Assembly: GCA_965221905.1 (NCBI GenBank)
Contig: OZ244922.1
Coordinates: 1,728,001-1,792,000 of the forward strand
Length of the DNA stretch: 64,000 nucleotides
Direction: 5' to 3'
From: Chloroflexota bacterium
GTDB taxonomy: Bacteria > Chloroflexota > UBA11872 > VXOZ01
Every line of letters begins with the position of its first letter. The first letter of the stretch is position 1. Both the position numbers and the translations under genes were made by a program. Below, piece after piece: positions 18,638 through 29,408 of the stretch. The notes below the pieces were generated by a model that saw only the letters and a list, made by a program, of their open reading frames with translations, had not been told where the DNA came from and searched no databases.

Positions 18638-19615
18638 ATGGCAGAGCAGGTTTACATCGGCACGGAAAAGGGCGTCTTTCGGCTCGCCCGTGAGGGAGAC
18701 AGTTGGGCCCTGCAGGCATCCGGCCTTGGCGAGCATGAAATCGAAGCGGTTGCTTCCCATCCGGATGGGAAACATGCGATTGTAGGTACACACGGCGTCG
18801 GCCTGTTCACGACCGCTGATGGCGGAGAAAGCTGGGATCCGGTTTCCGGCTGGCAGGGCAGTCCGTATATCCGCTCAATTGCCTACCATCCGCATGATCC
18901 CCAGGTCGTCCGTGTCGGTACCGAACCGGCCCGCGTGTGGTGCAGTGGGGACGGCGGCGCCACGTGGGCGGAAGAGCGCGGCTTTACCGCGCTTCCCGGC
19001 TGCGCGGAGTGGTTCCTACCCTATTCGCCGCGCGCAGGCGCCGTGCGGAAGATCATTATGCTTGACGGCGCGGATCCAGCGATTTGGGCCGCCATTGAAG
19101 TGGGCGGCCTGGCTGAGAGCTCTAACAACGGCGACACGTGGGGGATTTCGGAAACAATCGGCCAATGGGAGTATCCGACGAACGGCATTCACCCCGACGT
19201 GCACAGCATCGACATCCACCCAGGTAAGCCAAACACCATCATGGCGGCCACGGGCGGCGGCGTGTTTCGTTCGGTTGACCGTGGAGAGTCGTGGCAACAC
19301 CTCATCGATGACTACACCCGCGGCGTGTGCATCAAGGCTGACGATCCCGCTACCGTGGTCGTTGGGCCTTCCCGCCGAGTCGGGCATCTCGGACGCATGA
19401 TGGTGACCCATGACGGCGGCGATACCTGGCAGGACGCGGAGCGGAATCTCACCTTCCCCCTCGACCGCATGTGCGAACATATCATCTGCGACGCGCAAGA
19501 CGTGCTCGCCGTGGTCCTGGATGACGCGGTCTATCAGGCTGCATTCGCCGATCTCGCCTGGAAGCCGATAGGCAACGGCCTTCCGTCTCCCACCTGCGCC
19601 GCGATCATTTCCTGA
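18638..19615 (+). CDS. BNR/Asp-box (WD40/YVTN-like) beta-propeller protein
   Basis: Repeated S/T-x-D-x-G-x-S/T-W boxes (TADGGESW, SGDGGATW, SVDRGESW, THDGGDTW); ATG after GGAGG. Confidence 0.85.
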   Translation: MAEQVYIGTEKGVFRLAREGDSWALQASGLGEHEIEAVASHPDGKHAIVGTHGVGLFTTADGGESWDPVSGWQGSPYIRSIAYHPHDPQVVRVGTEPARVWCSGDGGATWAEERGFTALPGCAEWFLPYSPRAGAVRKIIMLDGADPAIWAAIEVGGLAESSNNGDTWGISETIGQWEYPTNGIHPDVHSIDIHPGKPNTIMAATGGGVFRSVDRGESWQHLIDDYTRGVCIKADDPATVVVGPSRRVGHLGRMMVTHDGGDTWQDAERNLTFPLDRMCEHIICDAQDVLAVVLDDAVYQAAFADLAWKPIGNGLPSPTCAAIIS

Positions 19616-19635
19616 GTTCTCAACCGGGTCGGCAG

Positions 19636-20616
19636 CTAGGGATGCGTCGCAGCGGGACTCTCTGATTGGGAGTTTGCATCGGGACCAACCCCTCGCTGGA
19701 AGAAGCTGTTCACCGTCTCCAGGAATTTTTGGGATTCTTCCTCATGGGGGCAGTGGCCGCACTTAGGAAATACGACCAGTTCGGCATTTGCTATGTCTTG
19801 CTGAAAGCGGTAGCCCCAGTGCAAGGGAATCACGGCATCGTACTGTCCCCAAATGATGAGCGTGGGGGCGGCTATTTCTTTAAGGCGATGGGCGAGACTG
19901 GTCTGCCCAAAATCGCGGGCGAGCAGCGGGACAACTCCGCCGGATCCCGGCGTCAGCAGGGGCATGAAGTAGCCGTCGATAACGTCGGGCGTACACATGC
20001 GGTCCGGATCGTAGTAACAACTGCGTAAGTACAATTTTGCGAGGCTTCGCTGGCGCAGCAAGAATGCTGCAACCGTACTGCCAATGGGCGCGCTTGCGAA
20101 TCGGATGAGCAGCGGCATGATATGGTAGTTTAGGGTATAGCCTGCGGCGCTAATCAGCACCAAGCGCTCAACGCGCGAGGGATGCCTGATGGCAAGCGCA
20201 GCACCAATCGCGCCGCCCATGGACAAGCCGATGATCTTGGTGGAATCGATCGCCATGGCATCCATGAATTGCGCCATCAGGTCGGCCATTCCGAATGGGG
20301 AGTAGTCGCCGGTACTTGGCTTATCCGAGAGCCCGTGTCCCTTGAGATCGAGCGCATAGACCGTGTATTCGCGGGCGAGTTGGTCGAAGACGAGACGCCA
20401 GGCGAAGATATTGGCGCCGATCCCGTGAATGAGAATCAGCGGCGGGCCCGAACCGGCCGCGCGGTAATGTATTTGCAGGCCCTCTACCGTGACGAATTGA
20501 CCGTCAGTGCGCAATGCCTCCACAGGTATCGGGCGCGGCTTTAGGCGCGTATAGGCCACGTAGGCAGCCACAGCGGCGGCTGCCATGATGAAGCCGCGTC
20601 TCAGCCATTTGAGCAT
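19636..20616 (-). CDS. Alpha/beta-fold hydrolase with N-terminal anchor
   Basis: LIHGIG, DLKGHGLS, nucleophile elbow GLSMGG, WGQYD and CGHCPHEE. Confidence 0.9.
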   Translation of the reverse strand: MLKWLRRGFIMAAAAVAAYVAYTRLKPRPIPVEALRTDGQFVTVEGLQIHYRAAGSGPPLILIHGIGANIFAWRLVFDQLAREYTVYALDLKGHGLSDKPSTGDYSPFGMADLMAQFMDAMAIDSTKIIGLSMGGAIGAALAIRHPSRVERLVLISAAGYTLNYHIMPLLIRFASAPIGSTVAAFLLRQRSLAKLYLRSCYYDPDRMCTPDVIDGYFMPLLTPGSGGVVPLLARDFGQTSLAHRLKEIAAPTLIIWGQYDAVIPLHWGYRFQQDIANAELVVFPKCGHCPHEEESQKFLETVNSFFQRGVGPDANSQSESPAATHP

Positions 20617-20799
20617 TGCGCCAATCCTCTCAATGTCTCGTCAGCGAGCAGTCGATCGTCAATTCCCTACAACGGTGGGTAAAACGAATGGGGCATCCGC
20701 CAGCCACTCGTTTCACTTAGCGCGCTTAACCTTATGGTACATTAAAGAACGCGGCTAATCTGTCGCGTTCTTTGTTTTCCTCTGCAGAGGGCACTCTTC

Positions 20800-21720
20800 A
20801 TGGCAAAAGCTGAATCTGAATTCTGTGTGCGCGTACCGGCCACTACTGCCAACTTAGGGCCGGGATTCGACGCCTTTGGCATGGCGCTCACGGTCTACAA
20901 CGAGTTTACCGTGCGACCGGCGGAGAGTGGTCTCAAGATTACGATTGAGGGTGAAGGCGTTACGGAACTGCCGTGTGATGAAGAAAATCTCTTTGTACAG
21001 GCTTTCACAAGTGTTTTTGAGGCGGCCGACACAACGCCACCTCCGATCAATCTGCACATGCAGAACAGCATCCCCCTCTTTCGAGGGTTGGGTAGCAGCG
21101 CCAGCGCCACCGTCGGCGGCCTGGTGGCGGCCAATTACATAATGGGAAATGCGCTTTCATCGGAACGGCTGCTGCAACTAGCCTGTGAACGAGAAGGCCA
21201 CCCAGACAACGTGGCGGCCGCCTTGTTTGGCGGCCTAATAGTATGCGCTGCGGAGGACGGCGGCCTGCCGACCTATGCCCGCGTTCCCGTGCCGCGCAAC
21301 CTTCACGCCGTGGTCTGCGTGCCGGACCAGCACTTGCCCACGGCGCTTGCACGCAAGGTGGTGCCCAAAGAGGTGCACCTGAGCGACGCTGTTTTCAATA
21401 TCGGTCGCGCCGCGTTGCTGCTCACGGGGATCATGCAGGCCGATGAAGACCTGATCCGCATCGGCATGAACGATCGCTTGCATCAGCCCTACCGCGCCGC
21501 TATTTTCCCCGCCATGCGACCCATCATGGACACAGCCCTCGCAGCAGGCGCGTGCGGCAGCGCGCTCTCCGGCGCCGGATCGTCAATTCTCGCGCTGACC
21601 TTCCGGGATCCGGAAGCCATCGGGGATGCAATGGTCGCTGCCGCCCTCGCACACGACGCGCCCGCGCACTCTCTCATACTCTCCTGCGCGGAGCATGGCG
21701 CCGTTGCTGAGCCCCTTTGA
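20800..21720 (+). CDS. thrB: Homoserine kinase
   Basis: PATTANLGPGFD, IPLFRGLGSSA, EGHPDNVAAA, DRLHQPYR and LSGAG. Confidence 0.96.
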   Translation: MAKAESEFCVRVPATTANLGPGFDAFGMALTVYNEFTVRPAESGLKITIEGEGVTELPCDEENLFVQAFTSVFEAADTTPPPINLHMQNSIPLFRGLGSSASATVGGLVAANYIMGNALSSERLLQLACEREGHPDNVAAALFGGLIVCAAEDGGLPTYARVPVPRNLHAVVCVPDQHLPTALARKVVPKEVHLSDAVFNIGRAALLLTGIMQADEDLIRIGMNDRLHQPYRAAIFPAMRPIMDTALAAGACGSALSGAGSSILALTFRDPEAIGDAMVAAALAHDAPAHSLILSCAEHGAVAEPL

Positions 21721-21806
21721 TCCCAGGATTGGGCCGAGCTTCGGACGGTTGGCCGGACGGCGCGTTCGGAGTGCGGTTCGCATCGAGCATGAGCGCGAAG
21801 TGCCGT

Positions 21807-23582
21807 CTAATCGACCCGCAGCGGCACCATTGCAAAGGCATCCACGTCCACGAGGCCGCGATTGGTAATCTTGAGTTGGGGGATGACCGGCAGGGCGAGA
21901 AACGAGAGCAGCAGAAAGATATTCCGGCTCGTCGTACCGGTAAGCTTAGCGGCGGCCAACAGGGCTTGATACTGCCTCACGACCGAATCAATCTTTTCTG
22001 TTGACATAAGTCCGCCAATGGCCAAGGGCAGGGCGGTCACCTGATCTGCAATGGCTATAGCCATGCCGCCGCCGATTGCAATCAAGTGATTAGCGGCTGC
22101 CGCCATTGCCTGTTCGTCTGCGCCGGCCACCATGAGGTTGTGGCTGTCGTGACCCACCGTGGACGCGACCGCGCCCTGCAGCAAGCCAAGCCCACTGACG
22201 AAGCCGACAGCATGCGTGCCCGTGTGGTGGTGGCGCTCGATCACGGCGATCTTTGCCGTATCCTGTGAGGGGTCGGTTCCGATCTCGCCGTCATGCACAG
22301 GGAGAAAAAGGACCTTGTTCTCCGTAGTTAGACTCCCGTCCTTCGCACCGATGACGCGTGTGGCCGCCTCATTCTCCGGCCCGCCATAGGGAACGGCGAA
22401 GTCGGACGCCTTCAGAGGCTGCTTGACCGCTACGGAATCCAAGAGCCCGCCGTAATCGCTTGCCGTTGAGCGCCGCTCTATGTCGCCGTTGGCGACGACC
22501 ACCTCGCCGCGCCGTAGCACGGTTGAACACTTAAGTGTCTCCAATGATTCAAGAATTGCCAAATTGGCGATCTTGCCGGGCGCAATTTCTCCCATCTCAG
22601 CGTAGCCGTGGTGACGGAAGAAGCGTGAGAAGTAGCGGGCTGGGTGAAGGGTCGCCATGGCAATTGCCTGGATCGCAGCCTGCTCCGCGTCGAAATTCCC
22701 GTGCTGCGCGAGGATGTCCCGCGCGCGGCGTACAATACGGTCCACGTGGCCGTGCTCGTGAAGCTCCTCCGCATCCAGATCGTCGCTGCAGAGCATGAAG
22801 CCTTCCAGATGGACCCCCTGCTCCGCCAGGAAGGGCAGAATCTGATCCAGATCTTTCGTGGCACTGCCATAGCGAATGGCGACGTTCATGCCTGCCTGGC
22901 GCTTCTCTAGGGCCTCTTCACCCGTGCGCGACTCATGGTCGGACATAATCCTGACCGTGCCGTCGTCCTTGCCGTTGGTGACGTAAAGGGCAAGGTCATT
23001 TCCCGAAACGCCCGGCGCGTGGCCGTCGACGACCTTACCCAGGTTGTAGGCGCTCTCCACTTTGGCGCGGGCATCTCCCAAGTCATGGATAATACCGGGA
23101 AAGTTCATCATTTCGGCCAACCCATAGACGCGTGGGTGAATTAGAAGCTCCTGGATGTCGGCGAGGGACAATTCTGCCCCCGTGTCCTCGAAAGCGGTAG
23201 CCGGCACGCACGAGGGGACGCCGATGAAAATATCGAGGGGAGTTGTTTCTGCGTGGCGCAAGAAGAGAGCAATACCCTCTTTGCCGGCCACGTTGGCTAT
23301 TTCGTGCGGATCAACGAAGACGGCGGTGGTGCCGCGCCGCACGGCGGCCTGAGCGAATTCCAACGGACTGAGCAGACTGCTCTCAATGTGAAGGTGTGGA
23401 TCGATGAATCCCGGAATTACGTACTGGCCCGTAATGTCAAGCGTTTCCGCCGCCCCCGCGGTTGTGGGCGTGCGCTCTATGCTATGGATCAGCCCGTTCT
23501 TGATGCGCACGTCGCCCGCGTAGCAGCGCTTTGCTGCCACGTCAACGATGGTGCCGTCCCGCAGTACCAGGTCAACGCTCAT
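21807..23582 (-). CDS. ade: Adenine deaminase
   Basis: PGFIDPHLHIESS, DPHEIANV, PSCVPAT, LAEMMNFPG, DGHAP, STVGHDSHNL and FLALPVIPQLKIT. Confidence 0.94.
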   Translation of the reverse strand: MSVDLVLRDGTIVDVAAKRCYAGDVRIKNGLIHSIERTPTTAGAAETLDITGQYVIPGFIDPHLHIESSLLSPLEFAQAAVRRGTTAVFVDPHEIANVAGKEGIALFLRHAETTPLDIFIGVPSCVPATAFEDTGAELSLADIQELLIHPRVYGLAEMMNFPGIIHDLGDARAKVESAYNLGKVVDGHAPGVSGNDLALYVTNGKDDGTVRIMSDHESRTGEEALEKRQAGMNVAIRYGSATKDLDQILPFLAEQGVHLEGFMLCSDDLDAEELHEHGHVDRIVRRARDILAQHGNFDAEQAAIQAIAMATLHPARYFSRFFRHHGYAEMGEIAPGKIANLAILESLETLKCSTVLRRGEVVVANGDIERRSTASDYGGLLDSVAVKQPLKASDFAVPYGGPENEAATRVIGAKDGSLTTENKVLFLPVHDGEIGTDPSQDTAKIAVIERHHHTGTHAVGFVSGLGLLQGAVASTVGHDSHNLMVAGADEQAMAAAANHLIAIGGGMAIAIADQVTALPLAIGGLMSTEKIDSVVRQYQALLAAAKLTGTTSRNIFLLLSFLALPVIPQLKITNRGLVDVDAFAMVPLRVD

Positions 23583-24253
23583 CCCTCTACTTTTCCTGTG
23601 TAGAGCTGCTCTCGTACCGTAACGATGTACGGCAGCATGCGGAAGTCCTCGCTCGCGTCGGTGCCGTAGCCCGCTACCCAGCGGTCCGGCACGTCAAAGC
23701 CGACGAAATCGAGAGACAAGGAGGCGCGATTGCGCGCCACTGCTGGCGAGGGTTGTTTGAGGCGTTTGGATAGCAGGGCGCAAATGCGCACCGAGCGGAC
23801 GCCTGCCTTGAGGACGCGCTGTATTAGGGTAGTCAACGTGTACCCTTGGTCGATCAGGTCTTCGACCAAGAGCACGTCTTTGCCTGCCAAGTCTGCGGGC
23901 AGCCTTGCCACGCTTACCTCGCGGGCATCTTCATTCTGCTGCTTGATGGTATGACCGTAGGCGCTGGTGCGAATGAACTCATAGCGAAATTCCAGTCCGC
24001 CAAGTCGAGAGATCGCACGGCCGAGGTCGGCCGCAAAGACGAATGCGCCTTTCAGGACCACCAGCAGAATGAGCTCGTCGCAATCGGCGCAACCGTCGTG
24101 AATCTGCTGCGCCAGTCCCGCCACCCGGTCTTGCAACACCCATTCGGGAATGAGGATGCAGTCAACTCTATCCGCCATGCTCGCCGGCAGTAGGTCCTCA
24201 TGCTCGGTAGCCAGCCCACCCTCCGGTACCGTGATGATTCGATCAAAGCGCAT
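23579..24253 (-). CDS. hpt: Hypoxanthine/purine phosphoribosyltransferase
   Basis: VLKGAFVFAADL, PRPP loop VLLVEDLIDQGYTL and WVAGYGTD; 4-bp overlap with ade. Confidence 0.85.
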   Translation of the reverse strand: MRFDRIITVPEGGLATEHEDLLPASMADRVDCILIPEWVLQDRVAGLAQQIHDGCADCDELILLVVLKGAFVFAADLGRAISRLGGLEFRYEFIRTSAYGHTIKQQNEDAREVSVARLPADLAGKDVLLVEDLIDQGYTLTTLIQRVLKAGVRSVRICALLSKRLKQPSPAVARNRASLSLDFVGFDVPDRWVAGYGTDASEDFRMLPYIVTVREQLYTGKVEG

Positions 24254-24304
24254 GGCGGTCTGTTTTTCTTCTCACAGGTGATTTGGGCGCCGGGACATAC
24301 GTTG

Positions 24305-25642
24305 CTATGCCCTCCCGGCTGCCGTCTCGCGGGCGAGTTCCACGGCGGTATTCACGAAAAGGATCTCGGCTTCACCGCTGTAGCCTGCCGGAGACTGCGA
24401 CCCGTGGCGGTAAGCGTTCACCTCGTAGCCGCCGCGCGGGATTTCGTTTGCCGTCGGCACGTAGCCGATCATGCCGTTGGCAAGCTCAACGTGCAGGGCT
24501 TCCAGACCCAGTTCGTTCTTCACGCGCTCTTTGACGGCCAAACCGAATTCAAGGAAGACTTCACCGGGAAAGCTGGCGAAGACGAGATTGCCGACGCGGA
24601 TGACTTGGATTTCCGCTTTGGGCTCGTGGTTGGCGGTGCCGGACTCGAGTTCGGCGATGCGATTGCGCAGCCACTTCATAGAGTCTCGGCTGATGCCCCC
24701 TTGCGTGTCCGGCCAGACTTCCGTTTCAAGCGCCTCCTTGAAGAACGAGACATCGGGGACCTCGCGTATCGGCACCGTGACGACGCGCTGCGCCACGGCA
24801 ACGCCTTCCAGCGGCGCGCAATCGATGGACTCCCGCACATTCACGACCTCAGCGCCAAGGCCGCGCCAGACGCTCTCGAGTTCGTCAAAGGTAGCCGAAC
24901 GGAAGCGGCTGCCGTCACTGGTGAATCCGGGTCGAATATTGCCGCAGCAACCCAATAAGAAGGCCGCGGTGTGACCACTGCCGTAGGTTTGCTCGACAAA
25001 CGTCTTCGCTCCGCCCGCGTAGTCGGCGCTAAACGCGTAGTTTGAGCCGCCCATGCTCGTCGAATGGCAGGCGTAGTGGAAAGCCGTGGCGAGCGGCGTG
25101 CCGTCTTCCGCGTCGAAGCGGAGCACGGCAACGGTGTGATCGACGACGCCGTCAGGATTGACGCGCATTTCCGTTTTGCCGTCAGTTGTCAGGCGACGGT
25201 TGACCGCAAGGGGGAATGTGCCGGCGCCTAGCCCGGCCACTACGGTCTGCAGCCGTCCGTTCGCTACCTGCACGCCGCCCGCCAGCTTGCGCTCAAGTTC
25301 GCGCATATAGGCGTTGTTGAAGGGAGCATCGTAGCGCCACTCCCGCGTCGACGGCCCGGAGTGGGTGTGGGAGCACGTGATCATGACGTGACTACCCGGT
25401 ATATCCGTCTGCTCCTCTACCAGGCTGCGCACCGCGGCGGTGCTCTCCTCAGTGATACCGACGAGATCGCACGTGACGATGGCGGCTTTTGTCTCACCAT
25501 CGGAAAAGACCAATACCTTGGCATAGAGGTCGTCATGAATGTCCGTCGCGCCGTGGTCGCGGCCGCCGTAGCCTCCCATCCACGTACCTACCGACGGTGT
25601 GATGTTGATGCTCGCGGATCCTAACTGCACTGGATTCGCCAT
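24305..25642 (-). CDS. Neutral/alkaline ceramidase N-terminal-domain family protein
   Basis: IHDDLYAKVL, CSHTHSGP, YACH, SADY and PGEVF...NGMIGYVPT...GGYE. Confidence 0.8.
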   Translation of the reverse strand: MANPVQLGSASINITPSVGTWMGGYGGRDHGATDIHDDLYAKVLVFSDGETKAAIVTCDLVGITEESTAAVRSLVEEQTDIPGSHVMITCSHTHSGPSTREWRYDAPFNNAYMRELERKLAGGVQVANGRLQTVVAGLGAGTFPLAVNRRLTTDGKTEMRVNPDGVVDHTVAVLRFDAEDGTPLATAFHYACHSTSMGGSNYAFSADYAGGAKTFVEQTYGSGHTAAFLLGCCGNIRPGFTSDGSRFRSATFDELESVWRGLGAEVVNVRESIDCAPLEGVAVAQRVVTVPIREVPDVSFFKEALETEVWPDTQGGISRDSMKWLRNRIAELESGTANHEPKAEIQVIRVGNLVFASFPGEVFLEFGLAVKERVKNELGLEALHVELANGMIGYVPTANEIPRGGYEVNAYRHGSQSPAGYSGEAEILFVNTAVELARETAAGRA

Positions 25643-25705
25643 GATTGCCGCTCCTTATCTGCATGCTCTTGCTCAGCCGAAACTGTAATAATTCCAATCC
25701 TGTTC

Positions 25706-26857
25706 CTAGTTTGCAGGATTTTCCCTCGCGGTGCCAGTGAAGGTGAGCTCGTGGGACGAATCGAAGAATCCCGCCACGTTCGCGGCGCTTCTTTCAATTG
25801 CCTTGCGCTGGCGGTTGGTGAGTCTGCCAAAAGGCTCCATTGTGATGCGTAAACTTCCTGCGCGCTTCTTGTACGACCACACTCCGGCAACGCGGCCATT
25901 GATCAACACCACCGGGGAAATCCAGCCGGCGGCGCGGTAGACGCGTTTGTAGTGAGCATCGTCCACAAGATGCGATTTACTGCGATGGCCGAGCAGATAG
26001 ACGTCGAAGTGAGGCAGCAGGCGCACATCATCCACAACCGGCGACGCGTCGGCAAGTGCTGCAAAGTCGCGTTTGAGGACGGCGGCCGGACTTCCTTCAA
26101 CCGTAACCGTGCGCATTTGATCTTGCTGCCTTCGCCAGATCTGCCTCGCATCCGTAACTGCCATGCCTGCCCAAGCGGCAAAGTCTTGCACCGTGGCGGG
26201 ACCGTAGGCCTGAAGGTAGCGTCGTAAGAGCGAGTTTTCAGCCTCCCGCCCGGGAATGTCATCCCATTCAGGCAGCCATCGGTCGCGCCGCACGAACGTG
26301 GCTTCTTGTCCTTGGTTTGGGCCAAGGCAGAGGTCGCCTTGCAGGCAAACATACTTGCCTAACCCACCCCAGCCGTGCTCGATCAACTCCTGTATCTGCG
26401 GAGCATCTTCGTGCAGTCGTGGTGAAAGCGCCTGTGAGAGCTGGCGGCGCGTGAGCGGGCCATCACTCAAGGCTTCTAGGATAGCATCTGCCATTGCCGC
26501 GATTGCTTGTCCATCGAGGCCATACTGCGCCATCCAGCGTTGTTCTTGTTTCAAGCGGTAAGGCTTCAGCGCGGCTATATAGAGCGGGAGCTCGCGCGCA
26601 GGGAGCAAGTGAAGCGTACCGCGCATACTCCAGACTTTCACCAATTCGCGGTCCTGCCACAAGGCGCGCTCAATCTCGGAGACGGCAACTCCGTTGCTCC
26701 GTGCTCGCAATGCCAATTGCGCGGCGGACATGACCTGGGCTTGTATGCCGCATGTACCGCTAACGACCTCAAGCAAGTCTTCAGGCCGGTCGGGCTGCCC
26801 GAGGAAGTGGCGTTGGAGGCGAAAGGCATGTACTTGCGACCACGTAAAGTCACTCAT
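25706..26857 (-). CDS. AlkZ/YcaQ-like (HTH_42) winged-helix DNA glycosylase
   Basis: GIQAQ, WSMRGTLH, RRYLQAYGPAT..DFAAWAG, RLLPHFDVYLLG and GRVAGVW. Confidence 0.85.
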   Translation of the reverse strand: MSDFTWSQVHAFRLQRHFLGQPDRPEDLLEVVSGTCGIQAQVMSAAQLALRARSNGVAVSEIERALWQDRELVKVWSMRGTLHLLPARELPLYIAALKPYRLKQEQRWMAQYGLDGQAIAAMADAILEALSDGPLTRRQLSQALSPRLHEDAPQIQELIEHGWGGLGKYVCLQGDLCLGPNQGQEATFVRRDRWLPEWDDIPGREAENSLLRRYLQAYGPATVQDFAAWAGMAVTDARQIWRRQQDQMRTVTVEGSPAAVLKRDFAALADASPVVDDVRLLPHFDVYLLGHRSKSHLVDDAHYKRVYRAAGWISPVVLINGRVAGVWSYKKRAGSLRITMEPFGRLTNRQRKAIERSAANVAGFFDSSHELTFTGTARENPAN

Positions 26858-26905
26858 CTCCCGCTGCCTGTGTCAAGAGGGGCGAATGTGTTCAAGGGGT
26901 GTTTT

Positions 26906-26945
26906 AAAAAAAGCTACGTGCCGGCAAAGGCGGCACGTAGCTTTT
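26906..26945 (-). terminator. Intrinsic terminator of the 27012-28997 gene
   Basis: Stem AAAAGCTACGTGCCG / CGGCACGTAGCTTTT; run of seven T on the minus strand. Confidence 0.8.
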
Positions 26946-26951
26946 CATCTA

Positions 26952-26980
26952 TCCCGATGTAGAGCGTCCCGATGTAGAGC
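26952..26980. repeat. Short tandem duplication
   Basis: TCCCGATGTAGAGC at 26952-26965 and 26967-26980. Confidence 0.8.
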
Positions 26981-27011
26981 TCCCTGCAAAGATTCAAGAA
27001 GCCGCAATCAT

Positions 27012-28997
27012 CTACGCATCGACGTACCGCCATATTGTGCCGCCCAGCGAGACGGCATACACCCCGTGGTCTGAGGCGTAGTTTGGCGAGACCAGCAAGG
27101 AGACGATTGCCTTATTGTCCAGCCCTTCGTTGATGTTCTTCCAGGTAAGGCCCTCATCACCGGACTTGTACACCCCCCGGCTGGTACCGGCATAGATGGT
27201 CGTATCTTGCTCGTAGTCGGGGGAAATAGCCAGACAGACCACCGCCGCCGTTGCCTCGCCGATGGCGTCGCCGACCCAGAGATTCTTGCCGCGCCACATG
27301 GGGCGGAAGAAACGCGTTGCCGTGGCAATGAAGAAGTTGCTGTAATCCTCATCGGAGCCGGAGTAGTTCGGTGGCATGGCGAAGCTAATCCACTGCGCTC
27401 CCGTCGCGTGGACGAGAATTCGCTTCCAAATCTCGCCGCCGTCGGCTGAATGCCAGACTGTAATCGTGCTCGCGTAGTCGCCTTGAGAGGCGCGGAACGT
27501 GCCTAGAAGCAACGTACTATCATCGGCGAAATTTGGCGAAAGAGTCACACCGATAACGTCTTCATCACCGAACGACTCTTCGGCGCGTTCCCAGGAACTG
27601 CCCGCATCGCGGCTAAAGTAGAGCGCGCCGCCCGGCCCTCCCGCGACGACGATGCGGTCTGTAGCAAAGCTATTCGATACCGCTAGTACGCGGAGGTCGT
27701 GCGCCTCTTCTTCTATGCCCTCGTTGCTTGCTTGCCAGCTTGTTCCGCAGTCTGCCGAAATTGCAATGCCTTGGTGGGTCGCTGCAAAGACCGTTGAGTC
27801 GTTTGCATAGTCCGGCGAGACCAAGAGCGAGGCAACTTGCATCTCCTCGATCCCCTCGCCGGCAGGTTCCCAAGACACTCCCTCGTCGGTTGACCGCAGA
27901 AGGCCGTCTTCGAGACTGGTAGCAAAGAGTGTCCCATCTTCGTGGCAGTTTGGCGAGAGCGCCGTGCCCAGCAACGACCGCGCTGCGAGGCCATCAACTG
28001 AATTCTCCCAATTTGCAGCATCGCCATGCGCGCGTATAACGCCCTCGCGATGAACGCCCGCCATGACGATGTCATCGTCGCTAGTGCCTGTAGTGAGTAG
28101 GCAGAGCACCGATGAATCTTGGTCGATGACGCTTTCCCACGTCGTTCCGCCGTCAGTTGAACGGCAGACCGATCCCTCTGCCGTGCCGGCATAGGCAAGA
28201 CTGTCTGCGGCAAAGTCCGGTGAGAGGCAGAGCGCATTTATCGATACGCTATCCAGCCCGTTGTTTGCTTCCTGCCAGTTGGTACCGCCATCCGTAGACT
28301 TGAAGACGCCCATGTCTTCAGTGCCGACCAAAACGGTGCGGTCCTCGGCAAAGTTTGGCGAAACGGCAATGGCTTGAATCGCCATGCTGTCGAGGCCCCT
28401 ATCCACCAAACGCCAGGCGCGTCCCTCATCCAGTGTCCGGTAGAGGCCGTCGCCTCCCGCCACGAATGCGGTTTGATCTTCCTCATAGTTCGGCGAGATA
28501 GCAACAGCTTGAATGCTGAGCTCCATGATTCCGAAGTTGGCGGAATTCCAGGTGCGGCCGCGGTTTGTGGACTTAAATATGCCGTCTTCCTGGGTGCCCG
28601 CCAGCATTACGCCGTCATCAGCAAAACTCGGCGAAACAGCGAGGCACGTAACCGAAGCGGCTCCTTGCCAGAAGTCGAGTTGCTGCCACGTTTCTCCACC
28701 GTTATCGGAGCGGTAAACGCCGCCCTCCAAGGCACCGGCAAAGGCGACCTCATGATTTGCAACGTTGGGCGCAAACACAAGAGCCTGGATATAGGGGCTC
28801 GTAATGCCTTCGTTGGAAATCTTCCAAGTTTTGCCCCTGTCTTCTGAGCAGAATACGCCGGCCATGGTGCCGGCCAGTACCAGGTTGTTCTCACTAAAGC
28901 TCGGCGAGACGGCAAGTGATGCAACCGTGCCACCAAGCCGCTGGCCCACAACCTCCCATGCTTGCTTTTCCATCACTGTCAGCCCGGACTTACTCAT
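27012..28997 (-). CDS. Acidic BNR/Ycf48-like double beta-propeller repeat protein
   Basis: About 14 repeats of SPxF/YxxDxxxxAG...S.DxGxxW; no clear signal peptide. Confidence 0.85.
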   Translation of the reverse strand: MSKSGLTVMEKQAWEVVGQRLGGTVASLAVSPSFSENNLVLAGTMAGVFCSEDRGKTWKISNEGITSPYIQALVFAPNVANHEVAFAGALEGGVYRSDNGGETWQQLDFWQGAASVTCLAVSPSFADDGVMLAGTQEDGIFKSTNRGRTWNSANFGIMELSIQAVAISPNYEEDQTAFVAGGDGLYRTLDEGRAWRLVDRGLDSMAIQAIAVSPNFAEDRTVLVGTEDMGVFKSTDGGTNWQEANNGLDSVSINALCLSPDFAADSLAYAGTAEGSVCRSTDGGTTWESVIDQDSSVLCLLTTGTSDDDIVMAGVHREGVIRAHGDAANWENSVDGLAARSLLGTALSPNCHEDGTLFATSLEDGLLRSTDEGVSWEPAGEGIEEMQVASLLVSPDYANDSTVFAATHQGIAISADCGTSWQASNEGIEEEAHDLRVLAVSNSFATDRIVVAGGPGGALYFSRDAGSSWERAEESFGDEDVIGVTLSPNFADDSTLLLGTFRASQGDYASTITVWHSADGGEIWKRILVHATGAQWISFAMPPNYSGSDEDYSNFFIATATRFFRPMWRGKNLWVGDAIGEATAAVVCLAISPDYEQDTTIYAGTSRGVYKSGDEGLTWKNINEGLDNKAIVSLLVSPNYASDHGVYAVSLGGTIWRYVDA

Positions 28998-29408
28998 CGA
29001 TGCTCCTTCCTGAACGAGTCACACTCATACTAAATTGAATAAGGCGTAGCGAAACCAGCTATTATTCTTGAGGAATGCTTATGCTCCTAATCCGCCGCAC
29101 GCGCCGTGCAGTCCTGCAAGGTACCGAATCTACGGCGCAAACAAAAAAGCACACCTAACCGACACCCCCGCACGGGGGCGCGAAAGATAATCTTCCATAT
29201 GCTACTGTAATGCTACCAGACCGACTAGACAATTACGAATTTGGCTGCCAGGCAACCTCACGCATTGCTAAACCGCTAGCAATTGTGGCATGTTTGTGCC
29301 GGTACTCCTTTAGTACCGAATAGCTACGGCTTTGCTTGCATTTGGCGCCGGGTTCCTAGTCCCCGTACAAGCAAGGGCTGCAATCTGTGCTTCGCGGTGG
29401 AGGTGGAG

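Noticed and set aside
21807-24253. ade + hpt as a nucleotide-modifying defence module
   Set aside because: Fully explained as ordinary purine salvage (adenine to hypoxanthine to IMP).
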